Assembly: GCF_009834535.1 (NCBI RefSeq)
Contig: NC_045697.1
Coordinates: forward strand, 36,334,001-36,398,000
Length of the DNA: 64,000 bases
Source: Camelus ferus
Lineage: Eukaryota
Reading direction: 5' to 3'
Every line of letters begins with the position of its first letter. Positions within the stretch are counted from its first letter, which is position 1. A program made the translations under genes and the position numbers. The notes beneath the pieces were generated by a model. The model saw nothing but the letters and a program-made list of their open reading frames with translations, searched no databases and was not told where the DNA came from. Of this stretch, positions 39,541-51,573 are shown in pieces.

Positions 39541-41842
39541 AGGGGGTTCAAAACATTTATTTATTATTACTTGCACAGTTAAATGTATTCATAGATGGAC
39601 ATTAAAAATACAATGATTTCAAAGAGTGCAGATAAAATTTACCTTTTAAATATTACCAAACTATGTGAATATAATCCATTTATTTCTTCCTATTAAAGGT
39701 TCTTCCGTTAGGTTTTGTTCATTTTTTCCAACAAGTATGAGTGACTCCTTTACACCAGGCCCTGTTCTTGGGACTGGGGATACATTAGTGAACAAAACAG
39801 ACATAAAACTACTCTCCTTGTGTAATTCATATTCTGAAGTTTACTTTCCAAACATAGCACATGAAAATCATAAAGTAAAAGGAATCTGAATCAAAGGTTC
39901 CCTAGAAATCATCTACTGTACTTCTCTTTTACAGAAAAAAAAAACGTGACTATGAGAAATTAAGTACCTTGTTCAAGGTCAAAAAGCTTTGCTGAAAATG
40001 CCACTATACTGCAATAATGCCTAGAAAACAAAAATTGCACAGAAGCTGTCCAAAGACACCAAAAAACCCACATCAACACAGTCAGCCTCTCTGGCTCAAC
40101 CAAAAGGAAGAGATTGCTTTAACGAGGTTTTGTATCCACTGCCACATTTGTTAAAGAATGTTTTCATAACTATCAAATACATTGTTGAAAAAGATAAGAT
40201 TACTTCAAAACTGTTAAACTCAATATTACACTGAAGTACATTTCAGGGAAGAAGCAGAGTAGAGTGGAAAAAACACAACCCTGATGCACTTCGTACTATG
40301 ATCTGGTCACTCCCACCTACCTAGCAAATCTCAGCGACGCTATATATCTCTTATACTACAGGACAGTGATTTTCATTATTTGCTCAAGATATTCACTCAA
40401 GAATAAAGTAACCAACAAATTTTCTTTGTACTGTTCTAACTGCAGAAAAGCTGTCATTTTAAAAGCAAGAATAAATGTATTATCTGTTATAAGTGTTTAA
40501 TTAGCATACTAATCTTGTGAATTATGTATTTTTAGTTTGGTATTCAAAAATAAAAAATGCACGCGCCTTCTCTATCAATCTACAGGTAATAAAAATCTAT
40601 CTGTGTGACTGATCATAAACACACTAGAATGACTTTAACAGTGCAGAAATCACAACCACATGTTAAGAAAACTAAACAAAATACAGGATAAAATACTGTT
40701 TAATTGCAGGATAAACAACTGCACACAAGCTTTATAATGTCCAGAATAATAAAAGAACAATCTCCAACTAATATATAATCAAAATTTCCTCTCTTTCCAA
40801 GGAATACTCTAAATCATCATTTCTTCCTTCAATATGATACCTTCATTCAGCTGGCAAAAGGCCCATGAAATCTCTTAAAAAATGGACCAGAACATAACAT
40901 AAACTGCTTGAGAATCATATAAAATAACTGGGGAGAACTGAACTTCACCTCAATACAGATAAACAATTTTTATTCCTACTGTCTACCGGCTCATTAATGA
41001 TAATACCGTAATCGACATAAACTTAGTCATAATTTCCTCATAACAAACAATAAAGTGTAGAAAAGACTGTTTTTCACATGGATTCCTAATGCATAAACAA
41101 ATTAACTCAACATGAAGATTTTAAATTACTAACACAATTAGATTACTTAAATCAAATACACATCCCCTCTATGCACATTTTTCTGACTCTGAAGGATATA
41201 CTTTGAGTTCCATGACCCATTCCAAAGGCCAACACTTGCTCCACTGGGGAGCTCTAGGCTGGATTACATTTGTGTGTTTTGGCTTGAATTCAAGACTTGG
41301 AAAGTTGAGGATTAGTTCATGTGTAAAGAAACTCTAAGACAGAGTTAGCGACAGTTTTATAGAGACTTTTAGAAGCAAACTCAATCTGTTCACTTTATCC
41401 CTTCTATCACTCCACTCCACTCATTTCAAAAGCCGCACAACCTATTAGTCTATCATACAGTGATTCCAGAATCTATTACTCTGTTCACCATGGGTGACAC
41501 CATTGTACCCATACACATGTAAGTGTGAAGTTTCAAAGATACTAAATCGAGGAAACTTGATTTGTTGAAATTATTACAGTCTTGTTCTATTCTTCACTGG
41601 TTTGAGTTTGGGTTTTGGTTCAGGTGGAATAAGAATTTATATTGCTCCTATTATTTACCATCTTGACTCCCATATATTTTTTTAAGGTATTTTGTACCAT
41701 GTCCCTTGGCACCTTAGAAATACAGAATCTTGTTGAAGTGTTAAAAGGGATGCAAATCTGAGGTGAGAAGAATATACACTAGTTCTTTCTGTAAGGGTGG
41801 TTTAGGGGTCATAATCTGTTTAGGCGCTAGAAAAGAGAACTT

Positions 41843-41897
41843 TTTTAACTTGTGCATGCTAAGCATGCGTTCTACCACTAAGCTATACTTACTGCCT
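41843..41897 (-). mobile_element. 3'-truncated Vic-1-like SINE (A-box half only)
   Basis: Minus strand GTATAGCTTAGTGGTAGAACGCATGCTTAGCATGCACAAGTTAAAAAA. TSD AAGAGAACTT (41833-41842 / 41898-41907). Confidence 0.75.
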
Positions 41898-42319
41898 AAG
41901 AGAACTTATCTGGAAGTTGCATTTGCACAGCAAGCATACTATATTTACTTATAATGAGGATGAGGTAGAGTTTCTCATCAAGCTTAATTATTCAAATCAA
42001 AGTGTTTTCAACATTGTAAGATAAATAATCTGTGTGTGAGTTGTGTGGAAAAACTGGAGGACTCCACTTGACTAATAAAAGTAGGGAGCTTTATATTATT
42101 GTTTAATTTAGCTGCTCCTTGAAATCCAAAACTCTGAGAACCACTTCACAAAGCTCCATTCCTAGGGAACAAAGTTAAAAAGAATCGCTCAGGTTTTCTT
42201 CTAGATTATTGCAGCCAAAATTATCCTGTTAGTAAAAGAGATAGGAATTCAGAGTAAAAGCCTAAAAATGAAGGGATTACAAGTACACATGTCTGGAACA
42301 GCCCCCGTGAAAAACAGCC

Positions 42320-42965
42320 ATCATGGAAATAGTTCAGCCAAGAAATATTGATGGATGCTAAAGCAGTGGGTTAAAGTTTGATGAGGAAAAGGATATTTAC
42401 ATAATCTCAAAATGTCTCCTTTAATCAAGTGACCAAAGTTGCCACTAGGAGTGGACAAAGTGAAATTGTATGCCACCTGACAGAATGCAATGCAAAGAAC
42501 ACAGCATTGCTTGTGTGATATTCTTCCCAAAAATGGACAATCTGAATCTAATCATGAGGAAACATGAGACAAACCTAAACTGAGGGACATTCTACAAAAT
42601 AACTAGCTGTACTCTTCAAAAATGTCAAGGTCATGAACATCAAGGAAAGACTGTTATAAAGGGCAGTAAAGAGACGTAACAACTAAATGTAATGTGTGAT
42701 TCTGACCAATATCGTTTTGCTTTGATAAACAATATTATTGAGATAAGTGTCAAAACTTGTGAGTTAGATGGCAGTAGTGTAACAGTGCTAATTTCGTGAT
42801 TGAGATAACAGTGGAGAATATCCCTTTGCAAGGAATAGACACTAACGTATTTAGAAGTGATAGGCACAGAGAGATTATTCTCAAATGGTTCAAGGAGGAA
42901 AAAATGTAGTTTCATGTACTATTCTTGCAACTTTTTTGTATGTTAAAAATTATTTGAAAAAAAAT
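42320..42965 (+). mobile_element. L1MC-like 3'UTR fragment
   Basis: ATGGATGCTAAAGCAGTGGGTTAAAGTTTGATGAGGAA...TCTGAATCTAATCATGAGGAAACATGAGACAAACCTAAACTGAGGGACATTCTACAAAATAACT...GTACTATTCTTGCAACTTTT. Confidence 0.7.
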
Positions 42966-43145
42966 TTTAAGGTATCAGTCAATTCAAAGAAAAATGTCGA
43001 GTAGCTTTGAAAGGTAAGTATATGGATAAGATGCTCTTCAATTAACAAAGTTTGGAAACACTATTCTAAGTAACTGCAAGTAAAAACCTCAGTAATACCA
43101 AGCACCTAAATGCTCACACCCCTTCCTAAGTTAAAAATTACACTG

Positions 43146-44501
43146 GGAGCTTGGCCAAGGTGGTGAAGTAGGAAGACTGAGGTCACATCCTCTCAAGGGC
43201 ACACCAAAATTATAACTATTTACAGAGCAATTGTTGATTTTAAAAAAAGCAGAAAAGATCTTCTACAACTAAAGATACAGAGAAGGAACAACAATGAGAA
43301 AGGTAGGAGGGATGGACATGTGATATAGTCAAGACCCACACCCCCAGGTGAGTGATCCACAAACAAGAAGTTAATTACAATTGCAGAGGTCCTCCCCAAG
43401 GAGCAACAGGTCTAAGCCTCACATTGGGCTCCACAGCCTGGGGGTCCAGCACTGGCAAGATGAGCCTTCAGAACATTTGGCTTTGAAGGTCAATGGGGCT
43501 TACTTTTGGGAGACCCAGAGACAGTTGCGGAAAATAGAGACTCTACTCTTAAAGGGTACACACAAAAAACCAAACAACCTGATTTTTAAAAATGAGCAGA
43601 GGACCAAAACAGAATTTTTTCCAAAGATATATAGATGGCCAACAGGCACATGAAAAGATACTCAACATCACTAATCATCAGAGAAATGCAAATTGAAACC
43701 ACAATGAGATACCACCTCACACCTGTCAGATGACTAGCATCATTAGGTCTACAAATAACAAATGTTGATGAGGATGGGAGAAAAGGGAACCCTTGTACAC
43801 TGTTGGGAGGGGTGTAAATTGGAGCAGCCACTAGGGAGAACAGTACAGAGGTTCTTCAAACAACTAAAAATAGAACTACCATATGATCCAGCAATTTCAC
43901 TACTGGGTGTAAATTTAAAGAAAATGAAAACATTAATTCAAAAAGATACATGCACCCCAATGTTCATAACAGCATTAGTTAAAATAGCCAAGATATGGAA
44001 GCAACCTACTTGTACATCAACAGATGAATGGATAAAGATGTAGTATATACAATGGAACACTATTCAGCCATTTAAAAAGGATGAACTATTGCCATTTACA
44101 ACAACATGGATGGACCTGGAAGGTATTATGCTTAGTGAAATAAGTCAAACAGATAAAAAGAAATACTATATGTTATCATCACTTGTATGTGGTATCTAAA
44201 AAGTAAAGCAAACAAATGAATAAAACAAAACAAAAACAGATTCAGATACAGAGAACAAACTAGTGGTTACCAGTGGAGGTGGGGGTTGCAATATAGGATT
44301 AGGGGCTTAAGAGGTACAAACTACTGTGTATAAAATAAACAAGATATAAGGGTATATTGCACAGCTCAGGAAATTCAGTCAATATTTTATAATAACTTTA
44401 AATGGAGTATAATTTATAAAAACTTTGTATCACTATGATGTACACCAGAAACTAATATAATATTGTAAATCAACTATACCTCAATTTAAAAAAAAAAGAA
44501 A
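43146..44501 (+). mobile_element. Internally deleted LINE-1 (5'UTR start fused to ORF2 3' end, 3'UTR and polyA)
   Basis: L1 5'UTR-like start (CCAAGGTGGTGAAGTAGGAAGAC) for ~420 bp, then ORF2 C-terminus ([12 protein letters not shown]...[10 protein letters not shown]...TCTPMF), 3'UTR and A tail. TSD AAAAATTACACTG / AGAAATTATGCTG (43133-43145 / 44502-44514). Confidence 0.75.
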
Positions 44502-45819
44502 AGAAATTATGCTGCATGCTTCTGAAACAATTTAAATTCAAAAGACTCAGAATAATCTCTTTGTACAAAATATAGGTTCTGAGGACCTGTGGCTTCTTTG
44601 TGGAGCCTGACATTTCTCAAAGCATAGGAATCCTTGAAACAAAGAAAATTCTAAATTACAAGTAAAGCCAAACTCTGAATTGTGTAAAGCCTTCAGAAGC
44701 TCTTACATTGCATTCCTCATAGCAAAGGAGAAATTTAGTTATAGGCTAATGGTGCACAATAATAGGTTTTGGATGTATTCTGAAAATCCCTGTTCTCATT
44801 CACCATTAATATCATCTATAAATCAGTTATCGAAATTGAAGTCTAAGATTGGAAAAGCCATAAATAAAGTAGTTATATAATATACCAGTCAGTGATAAAG
44901 TCACAGAAAAAGAGGGGGGAAAAAAAAGTAAAGATAATCCTGGCAGGGAAAGAAGTTGTTATTCCACACATAAAGTGACAGCCCTCTACAAACAAAGTAC
45001 AAAAACGGAGGCAGCTTTTAGTGCACAAAAAAAAAAGAAGAGTTCTGTAATGAGCACTTGGGCTCAAAATCCAGGGCACAGTTTTGCTGGTTCTGTAACT
45101 TTTAATAAGTTAACTAACCTCCTGTGAAGTTTTTTCCTTTCAAAAATAAAAATGATACTCACTTGAAGGATTGTTTGGGTGACTTAATTAAGAACTTAAG
45201 CAGCTAATCCCTGATGAATACTAAATCTTTATGAAATACTATTTCCCCTCCCACACAAGAAGACTAAAATCTCTAAGTTGTGAAAAAACTATAGAGAAGC
45301 CTAAACTCTTGGGTCAATGCTTTTGCAAAGAGTATAATTTAATAGTCAGTTATGAAAATGAACAAAATGTTAGGTAAGAGGAAGGTCTTGCTCAGCATAT
45401 ATCCTTAGAAAGTACTTGATAAACTGAGTTATTAAGTAGACATGGAATATTCTAAATTGATATTAACTATGGGAAAAAATTTGGAATTATAAATGCAGAT
45501 AACTATAATTTATTAAAAACTCTGAATTGGTAAGGGTACTGCATTCAATCCATAAAATTCCTAATTTCCATGAGTTTTTACTTTATCAGTTAGAACAATC
45601 AATAACAGTGCATGGAAGATTACTAGCAAAAAATGTTGCTCCTAATTATTTTTCAAGTTTTAAATATTTTCCACAATAAATATAATTTTATTGTTTTTTT
45701 CTGAATACGTAAATGATATGTGCTATTTTAAAAGAATTCAAACAATATGTAAATACAAAAGGAGATAAAAATCATCTGAAATTCCACCATCCTGAGATTT
45801 TATTACCTGATATATCGAT

Positions 45820-46140
45820 CAAGATAGGCTAAGTTAATGATGTCCCTTAACCCCCCCAAAAAAAGGGGAAAAAAAAAAAGATAGGCTAAGTTATACTGTG
45901 ATAATAAAAGACTCAAAAAATCTCAGTGGCTTATAACAACAAAGGTGTGTTTCCCACTCATGTTATAGGTTTACTGAGAGTTGGCTGAGCTCTGCTCTGT
46001 CTCATCTTCATTCCAGGATTCAGGCTGAACATTGTCAGTTGCCAAGGCAAAAGGAAAAAAAAGAAAAGAGATGTCAACCATGTGTTGTCTCTTAAAGCAT
46101 GACTTCTGCCTTTACACCAATGCCTAAAGCAACCAATGTT
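45820..46140 (-). mobile_element. MLT1 (old MaLR) LTR fragment containing a 41-bp TSD-bounded micro-insertion
   Basis: GATAGGCTAAGTTATACTGTGATAATAAA...AAATCTCAGTGGCTTATAACAACAAAGGT is typical of an MLT1 terminus in reverse orientation. Confidence 0.6.
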
Positions 46141-46304
46141 GCCAGGACTTGGTTGGGGGTGGGAAGAGTAATCAGAGGGAAAGGAGGGAAACTGAAATAT
46201 TTACAAAACAAGCATATCATCTATCTAACCTAAATGTGTATTAAAGAACTGAGTATGAGATTATTTAAGGATATCTCACTGTGGTTTACATTATTCAATT
46301 ACTT

Positions 46305-46985
46305 CTATTAATGATGTAAAATATACATAACATAAAATGAATCATTATGAAGAATACAAGTCAGTGGGATTTATTACATTCACAATGTTGTACAACCTCT
46401 ATCTAATTCTAAAAGTTTTTCAGTACCCCAAAAGGAGACCTCATACTCATGTAGCAGTTCTCTCCTCTGTCACCTTCCACCCACTCCTGGCAACTTCTAA
46501 CCTATCTCTACTCTGGGTATTTCATATAAATGTAAATATAAACATAAACATAAAACATAAATGTAAATATAAATGCAAATGGAATCATACAACATGTGAC
46601 CTTTTGTGTCTGGCTTCCTTCACTCAGCCTATTTTTGAGATTCATTCACATTGTAGCATGTATCAGTACTTCATTCCTTTTCATGGCTGAACAATATTCC
46701 ATGTTATAGATATACGACTTTTGCTTATCCATTTATCTTTTGATGAATATTTGATTTTTTACAACTTTTGGCTATTGGAAATAGAGTTGCCATGAATATC
46801 CATCTATAAGTTTTTCTTTGAATACATGTTTTCAACTCTTTTGTGTATATACCTAGGAATGGAATTGCTGAGCCATACACTAATTTCAAGTTTAACTTTT
46901 TGAGGAACTCCCAAACTGTTTTTCACAGCTGCTGCACCATTTTATATTCCCAACAGGAGTGTATGAGGGCTCCAATTTCTCCACA
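46305..46985 (-). mobile_element. L1MB-like 3' end
   Basis: ATTTATTACATTCACAATGTTGTACAACC...TGTGTCTGGCTTCCTTCACTCAGC...ATACCTAGGAATGGAATTGCTG. Confidence 0.75.
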
Positions 46986-47100
46986 TAGCAAATACATGAA
47001 AAAGTGCTCAGCATCATTAGTTCTGAGGGAAATGCAAATTCAAAGCACAATAAGGTACAACTTCACACCCCCCAAAATAACTAAAATTAAAATGATGGAT

Positions 47101-47483
47101 ATATTAGTCTGCTCGGGCTGTTATAAAAAAAATACCATAGACTGATAGGTTAAACAACAGAAATTTATTCTCTCACAGTTCTGGAGCTAGAAATCCAAGA
47201 TCAATATGCCACCAGGTCTGGTTTCTCCTGAGGCCTTTCTCCTTGCCTTGCAGATGGCCACTTTTGTCACTATATCTTCACAGTGCCTTTTCTGTGTTTG
47301 GTGTCTCTACGTATGTCCTAATTTTATAAGGATATCATTCATATTTGGTTAAGGGCAACCTTAAGGGACTCATTTTAACTTACTACCTCTTTAAAGATCA
47401 TATTCAATACAGTCATATTTTGAGATACTGGAGTTTAGAGTTTCAACATATGAATTTTAGAGAGATACAATTCATTCCATAAT
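47101..47483 (-). mobile_element. MLT1A/B-like MaLR LTR, nested in an old L1M (+) spanning ~46985-47945
   Basis: TATTAGTCTGCTCGGGCTGTTATAA..AATACCATAGACT...AACAACAGAAATTTATTCTCTCACAGTTCTGGAG...TTCAACATATGAATTT..GATACAATTCA. Confidence 0.75.
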
Positions 47484-47979
47484 AATGAACAATACCAAAA
47501 GTTGTCAAGAATGTGGATCAACCAGAACCCATGTGCACTGTTGGTGAAGGTATAAAATAGTACAACTGCTTTAGAAAAATCTTTGGCAGTTTCTTTTAAA
47601 ACTAAACATATACCAATCCTATAACACAGCAATTTCACTGAAATGAAAGTATAACCCAGAAATCCCACTGAAAAGAAAGAGAAATGATAGTATATCTTTC
47701 TCCCTAAAATACTTGTTGAAGAATGTTCACAGTAATTATACTCATAGTAGCAAAAAACTGGAAACAGACAAGGTTTCTACCAACAGCAAAATAGCTAAGC
47801 AAACTGTGGTATATTCATGTAGTAGAATACTACTACAAAACATTAAAAAGAGAGAAAAACAATATGGCAAATATCAAAATATTATGCTAAGTGAAAAAAG
47901 CCTGACACAAAAAGTACATACTATGTGATTTCATTTGTATATTTCACAATTTTATAAATATTGTTCTAATAAAAAAATC

Positions 47980-48288
47980 CATCCAGGTGGGCCCAGTGTA
48001 ATCCTAGAAGGACACAAGAGGAGTCAGAGGCAAAAGAAAAGACAACGTGAAAATGGAAGTTCAGGCTACCAGTCAGGGGATGCCAAGGCAGTCTCTAGAA
48101 GCTAGAAGAGGCAAGCAACAGAACCTACCCTATAGTCTTCAGAATGAACCAGTCCTGCCAACACCTTGATTTTAGGACTACAAGACCGATTCCAGACTTC
48201 TGACCTCCAGAACACCAAGAGAATTAACGTATTGTTTTAAGTCACTAAATTTGTGGTAACTTGCTACAAGAGCAATAGGAAATTACAC
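47980..48288 (+). mobile_element. MLT1C/D-like MaLR LTR 3' part
   Basis: CTCTAGAAGCTAGAAGAGGCAAG...CCTGCCAACACCTTGATTTTAG...GACTTCTGACCTCCAGAAC...TTTGTGGTAACTTGCTACAAGAGCAATAGGAAA. Confidence 0.75.
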
Positions 48289-48299
48289 CTATTACTGAC

Positions 48300-48584
48300 A
48301 TCTCAGAAGAAAAGAAAGTAGGCAGAACTGAGAAAGTGCTGGGAGAGATAATGGCTGAAAATTTCCCAAACTTGCAAAAGACACAAATATACAGATACAA
48401 TAAGCTAGGTGAACTCCAAACAGGAAAAACTCAAAGAAATCGATATGAAGACACATCATAATTAAACTTCTGAAAACTAAAGACAAAGGAAAAACCATAA
48501 AAGTAGGAAGAGAAATGATACCTCATCTATGGAGGAAAAACAACTGAAATGACAGTGGATTCTTATCAGAAACCATGGAGACCA
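48300..48584 (+). mobile_element. Ancient L1M ORF1 fragment, host of the young L1; continues at 55718-56095
   Basis: ATAATGGCTGAAAATTTCCCAAAC...GACAGTGGATTCTTATCAGAAACCATGGAGACCA resumes after the insertion as AAGGAAAGTGGCATAATATTTT. Confidence 0.75.
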
Positions 48585-49800
48585 GGAGGACGGAGAAGAT
48601 GGCGGAGTAGAAGGACGCTCGCAGGTCACCCTCTCCCACAAATACACCAAGACCCACATCTACAGACCCACTCAGCCAACCAGAGCACCTGCGGAACTCT
48701 GAGAGAACATCGCCCTCTTCAAAAGATAAAGACGCCAAAAATCTGGTAGGAGAAAAGGAAAAAAGAAAGAACAAAAGGCAAAGCAGCGCGGGACGGGTCC
48801 CGCGGGGAGGGAGCAGCAAAGGAGGACTGGCGCTCGCTGGCTGGGTCTCCCCTCTCCAACTGAGAGGCCAGCGGGACGGAGGGGGAGACTCCGAGGCTCG
48901 GATCTGTACAGAGCAGCCCTTGACTGACAGAACTAAGCTAAACGGGCACAGAGGGTCCCCCCCGACACCCAGCCTGAGACACGGACTGGCAGCAGCGGGC
49001 AGGGCCAGGCTGCCCAAGCCTGGCGGAGGACAGGGGCGGCTGCACGGAGGCAGCCCCGGGGGAACGCAAGGGGCTGCGTGCCGTGGCTGTGGGTGCACAG
49101 GGCAAAACAACCTGGGCCCTCCATAAAACAGCAAGGTTGATGTGTTCTCGGGGAAGGGTGCACACCCCCATCTCTGAAAACCCGCGGAAAGTTTTCGGGG
49201 GAAGAGAGGCGGGGCTCAGGCACAGCCACCATATCCCCCAGCGCTGAGCACCCAGGCGGGGGCGGGGGCGAAACCTGCATCCTCACCGAAGGGCTTAGCA
49301 GCCTCAAAGGCCAGACTGAGACTGGCCTGCAGGCCGGGGCAGATATGATCCTTCCATCCTGGTCCCTCAGAGAACTTGCTCCACAAAGACAAACAAGGAT
49401 CTGGGTTTTGGCTCGGAGCAGGGACAAAGCTGTTCCTCGGTCTTCCCCGAGCCCACCCGCGGAGCGCCGACCAGGGCGGAGCGCGCAGCCGCACAGAGCA
49501 GCGGAGCTACCGGCGGCGCAGGTAGAGGGAGAGCAGCGCCCCGCCTTTCGGGCAGGAACACAGCCCCTGACCGAGGTGCTGGGAGGGGGCACGACCCGCC
49601 CTCCTACCCGGCCAGTCTGCAACATCTGACTGCGGCATCCGGAGGTGCAGCGACCCGCCCGCCCACATCAGAGGAGAGCTGCACCTGACCCAGTGTTAGG
49701 AGGAGGCGCGATCTGCTTGCCGACAGGTGCTGGGAGCAGCACAGAAGAGGGCGCCAACGGAGGGCCTCTGAAAACAGCAAGCTGAGCTTCCAAAACAGGA
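48585..49800 (+). promoter_or_regulatory. L1 internal Pol II promoter / CpG-rich 5'UTR with YY1 motif
   Basis: AAGATGGCGG at 48596-48605 is the YY1 site typical of L1 5' ends. The only dense CpG block in the window. Confidence 0.8.
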
Positions 49801-50265
49801 CGAAGACAGAAAGACTTCACATTAAAAACACACAGACTCCAGGAGAACACCGACAAACCCACCCCCCCCCTTTTTTTTTAAATCTGTTTTTACCTGTTCT
49901 ATTTTCTATTACTCTCTTAATCTTTACTTCTTAATTCATTTCTATTTCTCTTGGGTTTTGATGTCCTGTTATTGATTAGACACAGGTTTCAAATACATCT
50001 ATTCATCTCCCCCCCCTTTTTTTTGTAAAGGTTTTAAAAGGACGTCTCAACCCGATTAATACTCTGCTTCAACTCGCTCTTCTATTATTCATTATACACT
50101 GTTTTCAAACCCTCTTTCTCCCTTCTTTTAAAATTCTTTCTCTCTCTCTCTTATTTTTTTTTCTTTTTTTCCTAAGTTTTATTCCTAAATAGGTATTAGA
50201 TAGATAAAATCCTTAAGGACCAAAATAAACAACTGATACTTCATAAACCACAGTGCCAGAGAGGT

Positions 50266-51169
50266 ATGAGCAAGATGAAGAAGCAGAAAAACCTTTCCCA
50301 ATTAAAAGAACAAGAGAAATCCCCTGAAAGAAAGATCAACGAAATAGACATCGATAGCCTACTAGATCAAGATTTCAACAAAGGAGTGATCAAATTGCTG
50401 AAGGAATTAAAAGAGATAGTGTTTAGAGATATAAAATATGTCAAAAATGAAATTGAAGCTATAAAGAAGAGCCAAGTAGAGTGGGTAAACTCATTGACAG
50501 AGATGAGGAATGATCTAATAGCTGTGCAAAGCCGACTAGATAATGCAGAGGAACGAATTAGTGATCTAGAAGACAGGGCAATAGAAAGCACCCATTCAGA
50601 AGAACTACAAGATAAGCAAATAAAAAATAATGAAAATAGCATAAGGGACCTATGGGATAACATAAAGCATCCCAATCTTCGCATAATAGGGGTCCCAGAA
50701 GGGGAAGAAAGATCAAAGGGGATTGAAAAGGTTTTTGAAGAAATCATGACTGAAAACTTCCCAAACTTAAAGAAGGAATCAGATATCCAAGTACAGGAAG
50801 CTCAGAGGGTCCCAAACAGGAAGAACCCAAATAGACCCATACCAAGACATATCATAATCAAGATGGCCAGAGTCAAGGATAAAGAAAGGATTCTAAAGGC
50901 AGCAAAAGAAAAGCAAAGAGTAAGTTACAAGGGAACCCCCATAAGGCTCTCAGCTGATTTCTCTACACAAACACTACAGGCCAGAAGGGAGTGGCAAGAT
51001 ATATTCAAAGCCCTGAATGAAAAAAAGATGCAGCCTAGGGTCCTTTATCCAGCAAGGCTATCCTTTAGGATAGAAGGAGAAATAAAGAGTTTCACAAACA
51101 AAAAAAAAGCTGCAGGAGTTTAGCAACACTAAACCCATGCTAAAAGAAATATTGAAAGGGCTATTCTAA
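50266..51169 (+). CDS. L1 ORF1p (coiled-coil, RRM, CTD RNA-binding protein); +1 frameshift at the A9 run 51100-51108
   Basis: ORF 50266-51123 (NLRIIGVPE, RHIIIK, ARREW, YPARLSF). Removing one A restores the C-terminus KKKLQEFSNTKPMLKEILKGLF* ending 51169 (300 aa), homologous to KQKLEEFSTTKPALQQMLKELL* at 34243-34545. Confidence 0.92.
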
Positions 51170-51573
51170 ATAGAAAAGCAGCAGGATGCTACAGAAATGA
51201 GAAACTCACAACTGGAAAGGTGATAACTCGTGAATTACAAATAAAGTAAACATGAAATTATAAAAGAAGACATACAAATCACTGAGAGTGGGAGAGGGAG
51301 GCAGGGAAATATAGAATATCTTTTTTTTTCTTTTTTAAATTTTTTTAACAGTAGGATGGGTTTGAGATCATGTTACTATCAGTTTAATAAAAACAGTTAT
51401 AGTAATGGGCTAATAGATTCACAAAAAAGGGTAACCACAAGCCAAAAATTTACAAAGGAGTCACAAAAATTAAATAAAATCCATGAAAATACAAAGGAAA
51501 ATTACCAAACCACAAAAGGAAGAAGAAAGGAACAAAGAGGATATACCAATTTAACTGCAAAGATAAGTTCAAA

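Noticed and set aside
46525..46580. Hexamer-like tandem array (ATAAAT/GTAAAT/ATAAAC)
   Set aside because: Local slippage expansion within an L1MB 3' end; no spacer structure.
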